A stretch of DNA of 64,000 nt from a virus (taxonomy: Duplodnaviria > Caudoviricetes): IMG/VR virus record IMGVR_UViG_2615840613_000003, positions 26,210 to 90,209 of that record. One strand, written 5' to 3'. Below are positions 54,799 through 64,000 of the stretch, piece after piece (positions within the stretch are counted from its first letter, which is position 1; each line of letters starts with the position of its first letter). The notes beneath the pieces were generated by a model. It searched no databases. It saw nothing but the letters and a program-made list of their open reading frames with translations, and had not been told where the DNA came from. Made by a program: the position numbers and the translations under genes.

Positions 54799-56070
54799 TC
54801 AGGCGTAGCTCGTGATGTCGTTCAGGAGATGGACGCGCAGCATCGTGCCCTCGACGTCATCGAAAGCAGCGCGCCAGTCGAAGCTCGCTTCCACCCCGCC
54901 GGGGCCGGAGACGGCGTATTTCGGTTTGGGCAGAAAGACCCGCGGCAGCTCGAAGCGGAGCGCATAGCCTTCCGGGAAGGTGAACCCGTATTCGAGTCCG
55001 ACAGGATCGCCATTGGCGGCCTCGGCCACGAGCGTCGCGCCATCGAAGCGTACCGACATCGACCCTTCCGCCGAGGCGAACGTGGGATCGGCCGCCTCGA
55101 TCTTGCCGTCCTCGCGAATGACGCGGACACGTTCGAGATTATTGGAGAAGGTAAGGCTGCCGCCAGTGACGCCCGCGAGCGCCGTACCGCCGCGCCGAAT
55201 GAAACCCCGTCCCTGGCTGAAGCGCCGGAGCGCGTAGGCCGTCGGGCTTGCGTCCACCGTCGCCGAGAAGCGTTCCTCGCCTTGGGCCACGAGCTGGAGG
55301 CGGGCATTTGCCGGTCCCTCCTGGCCCATCTCGAAGTTCAGGCTCTCCATCACCGTGCCGAGGTGACGGAAGAACACCGGCGTCGTGAGCTTCGGATGGC
55401 CGACCTCGATCGTGTAGCTCGGGATGTCGTCGGCGCCGCTCTTCCAGACATGCGAGTAGCCGCCGCCGATCAAGGTCGGTGAGGAGACACTCGCCGCCGA
55501 TGCAGCGATGGTGAAGCCGTTGCCAGACGGGCCTGCCGTGTCGAACCCGATCACCAGCGTCTGCGTGCTGGTGGGCCGGGAATAGGTGCATTTGGCGATT
55601 TCGGGATCGGCCGATGCATTGAGGTCGCTGACCAGCTGATCGACGGTCTGCGTGACCGTTCCCTGGATCTGCGTCTCCTGCGCGCCAGCCGTGCCGGAGA
55701 CGAACGTCCAGACCGTACCGTTCAAGGTGATCGTGTCGCCCGCCGTGGGATTGACGGCGAAGACGATCGAGCCGCCAGCGCTCCTAGGAGCAGTCACCGG
55801 GTCTCCGAACAGGCCCGTCAGCCAGAAGCCCGTTCCACGCAGGTCGAGCGGGATGTCGAGCTGGCCCTCGTCGGTGATGAGGCCGCGATAGGGATCCTGC
55901 GCGTTGCGCCCGCGTCCGAGCAGCGGGTCATCCCCGAGCGGCTGGGCCGAGGAGAGATCGGTCGATTTGAAATCGAGGCTCTGATAGCCGGTCAGCGGCG
56001 CGACCCCGTAGCTTGCCTCCCGGCAGGCCTTGAGGGTGGCGTCCGCGCCATATGCGCGCGCCTTGGGCAT
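54799..56070 (-). CDS. Major tail tube protein with an inserted domain
   Basis: ARAYGA..E.SYG, PLLG.GR, G..FWL..LFG, PSYTIE, FSNNL, SGPGGV.A.FDW. Confidence 0.85.
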   Translation of the reverse strand: MPKARAYGADATLKACREASYGVAPLTGYQSLDFKSTDLSSAQPLGDDPLLGRGRNAQDPYRGLITDEGQLDIPLDLRGTGFWLTGLFGDPVTAPRSAGGSIVFAVNPTAGDTITLNGTVWTFVSGTAGAQETQIQGTVTQTVDQLVSDLNASADPEIAKCTYSRPTSTQTLVIGFDTAGPSGNGFTIAASAASVSSPTLIGGGYSHVWKSGADDIPSYTIEVGHPKLTTPVFFRHLGTVMESLNFEMGQEGPANARLQLVAQGEERFSATVDASPTAYALRRFSQGRGFIRRGGTALAGVTGGSLTFSNNLERVRVIREDGKIEAADPTFASAEGSMSVRFDGATLVAEAANGDPVGLEYGFTFPEGYALRFELPRVFLPKPKYAVSGPGGVEASFDWRAAFDDVEGTMLRVHLLNDITSYA

Positions 56071-56110
56071 GAATGACTCCCGTCTTGTCCGTGATTGGGT
56101 CGTGGTTGCG

Positions 56111-56542
56111 TCAGGTGATGAGCGGATCGCTCACCAGGTATTCGATCGTGACGATGATCCGGGCGGTCAGCATCGGCGGCGCGCCTTCGAGAGCGAGCGC
56201 GCCCGTCTCCGGGGCCGATGGCGTCAGGTTCTCGGCGAGGCCGCCGAGCGTCTCATCGACACGCAGGGCGGCCCCGATCGCACCAAGCAGCTGATCGAGT
56301 GCCGCTTCGCCGCCGCCGCTGGGATCCCGCGGCACATAGACTTCGAGCTCGACCCGGTGCGCGTAGAACTCGGTGCGGGGATTGAGGGTGATGTCGGGTT
56401 CGCCGGGTTCGCCATCGCGCAGGATGACAAGACCGGCGGCGGGAACCTTCTCGGGCAGCACCTCGTTGCGCCGCACCGGCGCCGCCAACTGGCCCGCGAG
56501 AACAGCTGCGAGTGCGGCGAGGATCTGTTCACGTCGAGACAT
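56111..56542 (-). CDS. Tail terminator/completion protein
   Basis: LPEKVP..GLVILRDGEPGEP, D.TLGGL; just before the tail tube. Confidence 0.78.
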   Translation of the reverse strand: MSRREQILAALAAVLAGQLAAPVRRNEVLPEKVPAAGLVILRDGEPGEPDITLNPRTEFYAHRVELEVYVPRDPSGGGEAALDQLLGAIGAALRVDETLGGLAENLTPSAPETGALALEGAPPMLTARIIVTIEYLVSDPLIT

Positions 56543-57201
56543 CAGCGGCCTCCGTCTCCATCAGAAACCCAATTGCGGACAACCAGGCCGGGTAGCCGGT
56601 TGACCCAGCGCTCGGCGGCGCCGGCCACATCGAGACGCTTGCGGATCGTGACCTGCGGAACCAGGATGAACATCGGCACGGTCACTAATCCCCGGCCCGT
56701 TCGTAGTGCCGAAGCGCTCGCGCGCGTGAACCCGCCACGCTTGCCTGTTCTCGCACGCATCCCATCGGCCACGAGGAGTGAAGGGCCGTGGCGGCGGTAG
56801 ACGAAACGCAGCCGCTGCCCGGTCCGTCGCTCCCATCCGCCCGGCGTAATCTTCCGCCCGCCATCGCCGTACCGGCCGGCGGCCGCTGTCGGGATCGCGA
56901 GGAAGAAGCCGTTCTTCGAGCGAATGGTCGCGCCGTTCTCATAGATGCGGATGATGCCCGGCGCCTTGGACCAGACGAGTCCCGCCGCCCGGATGCTGTC
57001 TTCGCCCCTGGGGTAGACTTGTCCGCGCCAGGTGCGCGCCAGTCTCGGCCCCAGTCCCGCCGAGGTGACCTGCGTCCGGAGCTCGGTCTTCAAGCCTTCG
57101 GTGGCCTGTGAGATCCCGGCCGTAACGGCCTTCTCGGCGGCCCTGATCTCGTCGCTCATCAACTTGCCGAGATCGCCGATCGTGCTGAGCGAGAGCCTCA
57201 T
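56542..57201 (-). CDS. Neck/tail completion protein (DUF6441-like)
   Basis: Start MRLSLSTIG at 57201; AGLGPRLARTWR, FLAIPT; paralog of 773-1402. Confidence 0.8.
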   Translation of the reverse strand: MRLSLSTIGDLGKLMSDEIRAAEKAVTAGISQATEGLKTELRTQVTSAGLGPRLARTWRGQVYPRGEDSIRAAGLVWSKAPGIIRIYENGATIRSKNGFFLAIPTAAAGRYGDGGRKITPGGWERRTGQRLRFVYRRHGPSLLVADGMRARTGKRGGFTRASASALRTGRGLVTVPMFILVPQVTIRKRLDVAGAAERWVNRLPGLVVRNWVSDGDGGR

Positions 57202-57509
57202 GCCTCGCGCAACTCCGCCGTCCAGATCAGTCGCTCCGCATCGCGGCTCGGTTCCCCCTGGACGACATAGGAAACGCCGTCGAACTGGAACCCGTCGCCT
57301 TCGGCAAGGTTGGGCGCGTCGGCGACGCGAATGTCGAGCAGCGTCGTGGCGGCATGCAACCGTGTCTCGCCGAATTCGAAGGCCCGGTCGGGCCGGCGCA
57401 AGACGACCCGGACGGAGATAGCGCTGCCGCCCTTTGGCGTGTAGGTCGCGTCCCGCGCCATGTTCGGGTCGGCAAACAGTGACTGGAACGCAGCGGCGAT
57501 GGCTGACAT
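57198..57509 (-). CDS. Head-tail joining protein
   Basis: LFADPN..RDA, VQGEP.RD.ERLIW; paralog of 1399-1710. Confidence 0.8.
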   Translation of the reverse strand: MSAIAAAFQSLFADPNMARDATYTPKGGSAISVRVVLRRPDRAFEFGETRLHAATTLLDIRVADAPNLAEGDGFQFDGVSYVVQGEPSRDAERLIWTAELREA

Positions 57510-57550
57510 TCGTTACTCTCCCTGTCGCGCTACCGCGCTCCTCGCCTCTT

Positions 57551-57886
57551 TTAGAAGCTGCCATTCAGGCGAATCCGCCCGATGACGTCACCGGCGCCAC
57601 CGGCGACGGCTTCGGTCGCAACGCCGATTAGGGTGTTGGCGGTGGCCGTCTTCGTCGCCTCCTTGTTAGTGTTGTCCCAGTAGACCTTGTCGCCCGCGGC
57701 CCACGCCTGCGAGGCGACCTTTTTCAGGTCGAAGACGCCGACGAGCGCGGTCTCGACGGGTTCGCCACTGGCGGCGGCGCCAGCCGCGATGCCGAAGATC
57801 GAGCCGACGAGCAGGCCGTCGCCGGAAACGACCGCATAGGGCGCGGTCAGGGTGATGGTGTTGCCGGGCTGGACGTAGTTCTTCAT
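57551..57886 (-). CDS. DUF2190 family capsid decoration protein
   Basis: Paralog of 1710-2045. Confidence 0.85.
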   Translation of the reverse strand: MKNYVQPGNTITLTAPYAVVSGDGLLVGSIFGIAAGAAASGEPVETALVGVFDLKKVASQAWAAGDKVYWDNTNKEATKTATANTLIGVATEAVAGGAGDVIGRIRLNGSF

Positions 57887-57971
57887 GAGCTTGATCCTCT
57901 TGGAAAGACGAAGGGCGGCCCGTCAGGACCGCCCATGTCGTCGGGGTTCAGGTGTCAGGGAAGGGGCCGGA

Positions 57972-60011
57972 TCAGGCGCCCGGGTTCTTGTAGAGGCCGC
58001 GCCAGTCGATGGCCTTGGCGCCGAAGTCGAGGCGGCACTTGATCTCGACCCCGTCGACGTCGAAGCCATTGCGCGTCTCGATGTAGGCGCCCTGTTGGCC
58101 TTCGAGATAGGCGTACTCGATCGTGTCGATCTGGTTGGGGCTGGCGGCCAGATACCAGGCGGTCTCGCTGGCGGCATCGAGACGCGGCTCGGCGATGGGG
58201 CTAAGCGTGCGGATCGACTGGGGCACCACGTTGCCGCTCGACGGAGGCACGAGGTTCTGAGCGACCAGCTGCTCTGCCTTCAGTTCCAGAGATGCCGGCA
58301 CGATCAGGAAGGCGGGTCGGATGTTGAGCACCGTCTTCTTGTCGAGCCCGGTCTGCTTCGCCATCGCCGCCCGAGCCGCGCCGACGGTGGTGACGTCGAG
58401 CGCCGCACCGGTGCCCGCGAGGTTCTTATGAGTGGTGTGGAACAGCGCATTGCCATCGGCCATGGCCGGGTTCGAGGTGATGATGCCCCAGACCACGTCC
58501 GACTCCAGCTGGGCGATGGAGTTGCCGTACATCGCCGGGATCCGGGTGAAGGCGTCTAGATCGTCGTTGATCAGCACCTGCCGGGTGATGGCGACAACCC
58601 GGCCGTAGGTCTTCACGCGGTAGCTTTCCTTGCTCTCGCCGAGCGTTCCGCGCTTGAACTCGCCGCTCTCGCCCACTTCCAGGAGCTGCGGCGCCTCGCC
58701 GAGCTGCACCCGGTGCATCGCCTTGAAGTCGGTCGCCAGAACCTGACGGCAGAAGAGTGCGAAGGTCCGCGGATAGGCCTCGTAGGCCTGGCGCAGGGTC
58801 TTGTTGGTGACGGCCGCGAGGATTTCGGGGAAGTCCGAGGTCGAATGCAGCGCGCGCGTCGCCACCTCGTCACGCGAGAGGCCGCGCGTGTTCACCCCGG
58901 CATTGCCGAGGCTTTCGCGGGCGAGTTCCAGCAGCGTCATGCCTCGATACTGACGGGCAGCATCTTCAAGCGGGAACAGCGTCGGGCTGTACCGGTGCAG
59001 CAGCGCATTGGCCACGGCATCGCGGCGGGTGATGCGCTCATCCCGGCCACCGAGCGGGACGGAGACTTGGCCGAAGGTCCGCGTCTCCTCCGACTTCGCT
59101 GCGACCTGATCGAGGATCAGGCGACGCGCCTCGTCGAGACCGGTGCCGCGCTTGACCAGATCCTCGGCGAGGCCGCGCTCGAGGTTCAGCCGACCGGCCA
59201 GATCGTAGATGGTCGAGACACGCTCCCGTTCGGCTTCGCGGGCGCGGTTCGCCACAGCCTCGGGATCCGTGGCTTCGGGCTTGGCAGTCTTCGGACGCGC
59301 GCGGGTCTGCGTGTCGGCCGCGCTCGGGGGCGTGTCGGTCATGGTGGTCTCCTCGGTCGCTGCCGTTTCGCTCGTCTGGTCGGCCACGACCTCGTCAGTC
59401 TGGGCCGGGGTCTGGGTCTTCTCCGTCATCGGGGATGCTCCTTGGGGGGTTGAGGGCGCGTCCCGGCGGTGAAGGACGCAGGTTTCAAGCGGGCTCTGGC
59501 TGCGGAAGCCCGCGGCGGGGTCGGCCCCGACCGGGACCGCTGAGATCTCGAAGGGGGTCCAGTCCACCGCCCGCCAGAGCTCCCGCCCGCCGTCGGGCTT
59601 GGAGATGTCGAAGCGATGGACCTGGTAGCCGATGGAGACCGCGCGGATGTGCCCGGCCTGGATGTCGCGCCAGATCGGCTCGACATCGGCGCGCTCGCTG
59701 ATGCGGACCTGCGCGATGCCGCGGCCGTTCTCGATCCGCGCCGAGCCGGGCACCACCGAGCCGATGACGGCGTCGAGTGTGTCGATCTCATGCACCTTCA
59801 GGAACGGCGCGCCCGCGTTCAGCCGGTCGAGGCGCACATGAGCAGGGTCGAGGCTGAGTTCCTCGTCGTAGGGCTCGCCGAAGAAGCTCGCCCGCCGGAC
59901 GCGTGCGCCCGCCGACCAGATCACCTCGACGGTGCGTGCGTCGGCATCGACGGTGTTCGGCGCAAGCTCCGCCGACCGGCGAAGCGCCGGCAGTTCGATC
60001 ATCGTGTCCAT
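57972..60011 (-). CDS. Prohead protease-major capsid protein fusion
   Basis: Near-identical to 2123-4195 except in the linker. Confidence 0.92.
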   Translation of the reverse strand: MDTMIELPALRRSAELAPNTVDADARTVEVIWSAGARVRRASFFGEPYDEELSLDPAHVRLDRLNAGAPFLKVHEIDTLDAVIGSVVPGSARIENGRGIAQVRISERADVEPIWRDIQAGHIRAVSIGYQVHRFDISKPDGGRELWRAVDWTPFEISAVPVGADPAAGFRSQSPLETCVLHRRDAPSTPQGASPMTEKTQTPAQTDEVVADQTSETAATEETTMTDTPPSAADTQTRARPKTAKPEATDPEAVANRAREAERERVSTIYDLAGRLNLERGLAEDLVKRGTGLDEARRLILDQVAAKSEETRTFGQVSVPLGGRDERITRRDAVANALLHRYSPTLFPLEDAARQYRGMTLLELARESLGNAGVNTRGLSRDEVATRALHSTSDFPEILAAVTNKTLRQAYEAYPRTFALFCRQVLATDFKAMHRVQLGEAPQLLEVGESGEFKRGTLGESKESYRVKTYGRVVAITRQVLINDDLDAFTRIPAMYGNSIAQLESDVVWGIITSNPAMADGNALFHTTHKNLAGTGAALDVTTVGAARAAMAKQTGLDKKTVLNIRPAFLIVPASLELKAEQLVAQNLVPPSSGNVVPQSIRTLSPIAEPRLDAASETAWYLAASPNQIDTIEYAYLEGQQGAYIETRNGFDVDGVEIKCRLDFGAKAIDWRGLYKNPGA

Positions 60012-60015
60012 GAAG

Positions 60016-61536
60016 TCAGTCCTGTTGGGCGGTGTCCGGCTGCCCCGTGTCGGGTTCCGGATCGGTTGCCGGGTCGCTCGATTGCGCGCTGCCGGTCTTG
60101 GTGACGCGGCGGGGGTCGCTGTCGAGCACGAGTCCGAGGGCGTCGAGCTTGGCGTTCGTCGCGGCGATCTCCGCCAGCACGGCGTCGGGATTGCGGCCCT
60201 GCCGGGCGATCACCTCGGCCAGAGTCATCGTGCCCGAGCGGATCGCCAGCAGGTTGGCCATCGCGTCCTTCTGCGGGTCGATCGCCTCGAACTTGGGCGG
60301 CGACCATTCGACCGGCACGTCCGGTGTCGGGATCTGCCCTGCGGCCCACGCGGCCTCGGTGAACCAGCGCCAGACCGGGGTGCAGAGCATCGGAATGAAG
60401 AGCTGCCACTGGACAGCGTCGATCATCCGGCGGAACTCGACGAGCCCCGCCCGGATGGAGGAGTAGTTCACCTGGCTGAGATCGCCGGTGAGTAGCTCGT
60501 AGGGCACCCGGAACCCGGCCGAAATCGTATGCAGGCTGGCGCGCTTGTATTCGCCATAGCCGCCGGTGGCGGCCGGCTGGTTGAAGCGGATGTCCTTTCC
60601 GCCGCGGGCATAGGCGATCAGTCCTGGTTCGAACTGCTCGACCCGGTTGCCATCGGCGTCGACCACCGCCGGGGCGATGCCCTGCTGCGCCTCGTCGTCC
60701 CCGAAGACGATGGCGGTGACGCAAGCCTCGGTCTTCTTGCGAACGATCTCGGCCACCTCGTAATCGTCGAGATCACGAAGGGCGCGGATAACCGGCGCGC
60801 CCCAGGGAACGCCGCGCGCCTGCGTGCGCTGCTTCTCATAGACATGCGCGATCTCGCTCGCCGGGACCGGCCGGCTCTGCAGGCCGTTTTGCAGGGCGCC
60901 ATAGGCGTCGCCGGGATGCTCGGCGTGGAGCCAGTAGGCCCGGCGCCTGCCGAGCGGATCGAACTCGATCCCCTGCATGAGGCGGCCCGCACCGAGCGCG
61001 CCGGATTTGGTGGCGTCGAGGAAGTCGGCCTCCAGCACCTGCAATTGCAGCGGCACCGGCAGGCCGTCCGCAGCGCGGCGCAGGCGACGGCGCACCAGCA
61101 CTTCGCCGGCCTCGACCATCTCACGGCAGATCAGCGTCTGAAGCCCGTAGAAGTCGAGCTGGCCGTCGGCGTCACAGGCCTCGGCCCATCGTTCGAACAG
61201 ATCGTCGACGCGGCGGTCCAGCGTGTCGTCGCCGCTCGCGGCGCGCGGCATGATGCCCGCGCCAATGATGTTGTTCACCAGCACGGCCACGGCCTTGGCC
61301 GCGTGCGGGTTGTTGCGGACGAGGTCGCGCATGCGGTCGCGCAAGAGCGCCCCGGCCACGCCGATCTCGGTGTCAGCCGAGGATCCAGAGGCACGCCAGC
61401 CCTCCGTGCGGCGTCCTCGCGCGGCGCCCTCGTAGCCGCGCGCGAGCGTCTCGAACGCCTGTCGCGCCAGGACACGCCGCGCGGCGGCCCTAGGGGCGAC
61501 CGAAGCGATGGCGCGGTCGAACCAGTTCACCGCCAT
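60016..61536 (-). CDS. Lambda-family portal protein
   Basis: Near-identical to 4200-5720. Confidence 0.93.
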   Translation of the reverse strand: MAVNWFDRAIASVAPRAAARRVLARQAFETLARGYEGAARGRRTEGWRASGSSADTEIGVAGALLRDRMRDLVRNNPHAAKAVAVLVNNIIGAGIMPRAASGDDTLDRRVDDLFERWAEACDADGQLDFYGLQTLICREMVEAGEVLVRRRLRRAADGLPVPLQLQVLEADFLDATKSGALGAGRLMQGIEFDPLGRRRAYWLHAEHPGDAYGALQNGLQSRPVPASEIAHVYEKQRTQARGVPWGAPVIRALRDLDDYEVAEIVRKKTEACVTAIVFGDDEAQQGIAPAVVDADGNRVEQFEPGLIAYARGGKDIRFNQPAATGGYGEYKRASLHTISAGFRVPYELLTGDLSQVNYSSIRAGLVEFRRMIDAVQWQLFIPMLCTPVWRWFTEAAWAAGQIPTPDVPVEWSPPKFEAIDPQKDAMANLLAIRSGTMTLAEVIARQGRNPDAVLAEIAATNAKLDALGLVLDSDPRRVTKTGSAQSSDPATDPEPDTGQPDTAQQD

Positions 61537-61745
61537 CAACGATCCCCGCGCGAGAAGCCCGCGAGCCCGGCGATTGGAAGCGGCCGCCCCACACTGGCAA
61601 TCGCGCGCTCGATGGTGCGGATGCGGGCGAGCAGATCCTCCGCCGAGCCGTAGTCCACGGACTTGCCGTCATAGCTGACGCGGGTCGTGCCACTGGCATA
61701 GGCCCGGCGCAGGGCCGAGAGCTCGGCTTCGGTCCAGTCGGTCAT
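61536..61745 (-). CDS. gpW-like head completion protein
   Basis: MTDWTEAELSALRRAYASG; paralog of 5720-5929. Confidence 0.8.
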   Translation of the reverse strand: MTDWTEAELSALRRAYASGTTRVSYDGKSVDYGSAEDLLARIRTIERAIASVGRPLPIAGLAGFSRGDR

Positions 61746-61746
61746 C

Positions 61747-63750
61747 TCAGAACCATCCTTCCCGCCGCCCGATCCAGTCGGAACGGCGTTTGCCTTGGGG
61801 TACCTGTCCCGGCCTGTGGATCTGCCCGGCGGGATCGCTGTCGGTCGGGGCCGCCCCGAGCTGGTCTTCGAGGTCGCGCCATTTCTCTTCGGGCCAGCGG
61901 TCGGCGCCCGCGATCCAGGCGGCCGCGCGGGCGTAGACTCGGCAATCGAGCGCCTCGTTGCGCTCACGCAGCTTCTGCCATTCGAGCTTCGCGAAGCCGC
62001 GCTTCGTGCGCACCGTGACCAGCTGTTCGGCCACGACCTGCTTCAGCCACTCGCTCTCGACCCATGTCGGCAGGTGGATCGTGCCGGGCGGGAACGCCGC
62101 GCCCTCGTCACGTTCCTCGGCCGTCGGGCGCTCCAGCCGCAGGAAGCGGTAGGTTTCGGCCTTGAAGGTCGAGACCGCCACCGTCCAGAGCCGGGCGCCG
62201 CGACGCAGGCGCTTCCCGCCCTCGGTCGCATCCACGAAAGTGGGGCCGGAGACCGGACTGGACCGATTGAAGCCTTCGAGCCCCTTGACTGGCGCGACCT
62301 GCGCAAAGCCGACCTTGCGCGACCAGGCGTAGACGGCCGGGGCTTCGTAGCCAGTATCGATGGCAAGCCGCGCGATCCGAAGGTGTGCGCCGTTTTCATG
62401 CGGCCACGACCGGTCGAGGAGTGCCGTCAACTGGTCCCAAGCGTCATGCCGGTCCGGCCCGCCCTCGATCACGACGTGATCGACGAGCCAGCTCTCGAGC
62501 CCTCGGCCCCAGGCCCAGACATCGACCTCGATGCGGTCCTTCTGGACATCCGCACCCGCCGTCAGGAACAGCCCGCCCGCTGGCACCGTGCCTGGCCGCC
62601 ACGCCTCGCGGCGATCGTAGAGCCGCTGCCAATCCGGCGCCTCGCCGGTTTCGACCCATGTCTCGCCGAGGATGGTGTTGCGGAACGCCTTGATAGCCTC
62701 GTCGGAGCCCTGGGCCGCCTCCCAGCTGCGCGCGACCCGGGACCAGCTGAGCCAGCCCACCGGCGAGTAGAGCGCCGAGAGGTGGTAGCCGATAGTCGTG
62801 GGATCAGCGGCCCTGGCGGTCGCCCGCCATTCGCCGCGCTCCAGCATCGCCGTCTTGTGGTGCTCCGCGACGGCTCTGTCGCAGCCTTCGCAGATGTATT
62901 CCGCCGTCTCTGGCCGCCCCTTCTGCCAGCGCAGCCGCTCGAACTTCAGCCACTGCATCGCCCCGCAATGCGGACACGGCACGAAGAACCGGCGCTGGTC
63001 GGACGCCTCGAACTCGCGCTCGATGCGGCTGAACCCCCGGATCGTCGGCGTCGAGACCAGGAACACCTTGCGCCGGTGGGCGAAGGTCAGCGACCGCGCC
63101 TCGGCCAGGGTCACCGGGTCGCCTTCCTCGTCGGCCGAGGCCGGATAGGCATCGACCTCGTCGAGGAAGATGTAGCGCGCCGGGGTCGAGCGCAGACCGA
63201 CCGCCGAGTTCGCGCCCGTCATGATCAGGATGCCGCCCGCGAATTCCTTGGACAGCATCGTGTTCCCGGCGTCGCGGGATCGGGCCGGTTTGACCCGCTC
63301 CCGGAGCTCGGGGCTCTCGTCGATCAGCGGGTCGATCCGCTGGCGCGAGTTGCGCTTCGCCAGTTCCACGGTCGGCTGGACTGCGAGCATGGGGCCCGGC
63401 GCCTGGTGGATGGCGAAGCCGATCCAGTTGTTGCCGGCTTCCGTCGCCCCGACCTGCGCGGCCTTCATGAACACGATCCGTTGCGCCGCGTCGCCGGGCG
63501 ACAGCCGGTCCATGATCTCCCGCATGTAGGGCGTTCGCATTGTGCGGTAGTGCCCCGGTTCGGCCGAAGCGCGGGACGCCAACATCCGGTGCCGGTCCGC
63601 CCATTCCGAGACGGTGAGGTCGGGATCCGGTCGGATCCCGTTGCCCCAGGCGCGCAGGATCTCAGCCGCGCCTTCGAAATCCCTCAGGCCATCTTCATCA
63701 CCGGAATTCGGGCCGGACCTCGGCGAGTTCGTCGAGGTGGGCGCGTACAT
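61747..63750 (-). CDS. terL: Terminase large subunit (GpA family)
   Basis: Same motifs as, and near-identical to, 5929-7935. Confidence 0.95.
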   Translation of the reverse strand: MYAPTSTNSPRSGPNSGDEDGLRDFEGAAEILRAWGNGIRPDPDLTVSEWADRHRMLASRASAEPGHYRTMRTPYMREIMDRLSPGDAAQRIVFMKAAQVGATEAGNNWIGFAIHQAPGPMLAVQPTVELAKRNSRQRIDPLIDESPELRERVKPARSRDAGNTMLSKEFAGGILIMTGANSAVGLRSTPARYIFLDEVDAYPASADEEGDPVTLAEARSLTFAHRRKVFLVSTPTIRGFSRIEREFEASDQRRFFVPCPHCGAMQWLKFERLRWQKGRPETAEYICEGCDRAVAEHHKTAMLERGEWRATARAADPTTIGYHLSALYSPVGWLSWSRVARSWEAAQGSDEAIKAFRNTILGETWVETGEAPDWQRLYDRREAWRPGTVPAGGLFLTAGADVQKDRIEVDVWAWGRGLESWLVDHVVIEGGPDRHDAWDQLTALLDRSWPHENGAHLRIARLAIDTGYEAPAVYAWSRKVGFAQVAPVKGLEGFNRSSPVSGPTFVDATEGGKRLRRGARLWTVAVSTFKAETYRFLRLERPTAEERDEGAAFPPGTIHLPTWVESEWLKQVVAEQLVTVRTKRGFAKLEWQKLRERNEALDCRVYARAAAWIAGADRWPEEKWRDLEDQLGAAPTDSDPAGQIHRPGQVPQGKRRSDWIGRREGWF

Positions 63751-64000
63751 GTTTCTCCAAGGCCTTCTGCATGGCGGCCGCCTCCACGCCGAGTTCGGCC
63801 GCCATCAGCGCCGCCGCGCGCGCCGGCCAGTTCACCCAGGCATCGCGCTCCTCGCGTGCCAGCCGAAACACGACCGCCACCGCCCGGGCGCGGTCGACGA
63901 GTTCTCCCTTGAGCTTCTGAAGCCGGATGCGCCGCTCCTGGGCCTTCAGCACCTCATTCGCGGTCTTGGCCTGCAGGAAGGTCGTGCCGCTGCCGACGGG
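63698..64000 (-). CDS. terS: Terminase small subunit, 3' part
   Basis: Near-identical to the C-terminal half of 7883-8443; runs off the right edge. Confidence 0.85.
   Translation of the reverse strand, partial: PVGSGTTFLQAKTANEVLKAQERRIRLQKLKGELVDRARAVAVVFRLAREERDAWVNWPARAAALMAAELGVEAAAMQKALEKHVRAHLDELAEVRPEFR

Larger units (their letters stand above)
42344..64000 (-). mobile_element. Right prophage (lysis, GTA-like tail, lambda-like head), truncated by the right edge; may extend left to 31361 with the R-M island as cargo
   Basis: Continuous terminase-to-lysis late operon. Confidence 0.9.

Noticed and set aside
2096-63912. Long antisense ORFs (e.g. 2096-4015, 24020-25252, 46720-47991, 61795-63912)
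   Set aside because: Shadows of high-GC genes on the opposite strand with no recognisable motifs.
57551-64000. Duplication as an assembly artefact
   Set aside because: The copies differ by many synonymous changes and by indels in the capsid linker, and have different neighbouring genes.

Overview
High-GC window whose gene families resemble those of alphaproteobacterial (Rhodobacterales/Rhizobiales-like) prophages. It holds parts of two related lambda-like prophages in the same (minus) orientation, with homologous head genes about 55.8 kb apart. The left prophage (<1-31360) shows neck and head genes, terminase, a candidate cos site, methyltransferases, a replication/recombination module, a repressor and a DUF2924/serine-recombinase module, and ends at a 15-bp tRNA 3'-end (att-like) remnant. 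It carries three toxin-antitoxin-like pairs and several lesions. The right prophage (about 31361/42344->64000) shows lysis genes, a GTA-like tail, neck and head genes. Between them lies a tightly coupled defence operon: HTH, hsdM, a DUF262/GmrSD-like nuclease, a PRTase-like protein, a NADAR domain fused in frame to HsdS, and hsdR. This operon is the best candidate for an undescribed system, a possible N-glycosidic writer/eraser pair attached to a type I R-M complex. Other notable items are a C5-methyltransferase locus coded in two overlapping frames and scrambled by an inversion with perfect 48-bp inverted repeats, an iteron-like ori, and a -1 frameshift tail chaperone. All family assignments come from motifs recognised by eye; no database searches were run.
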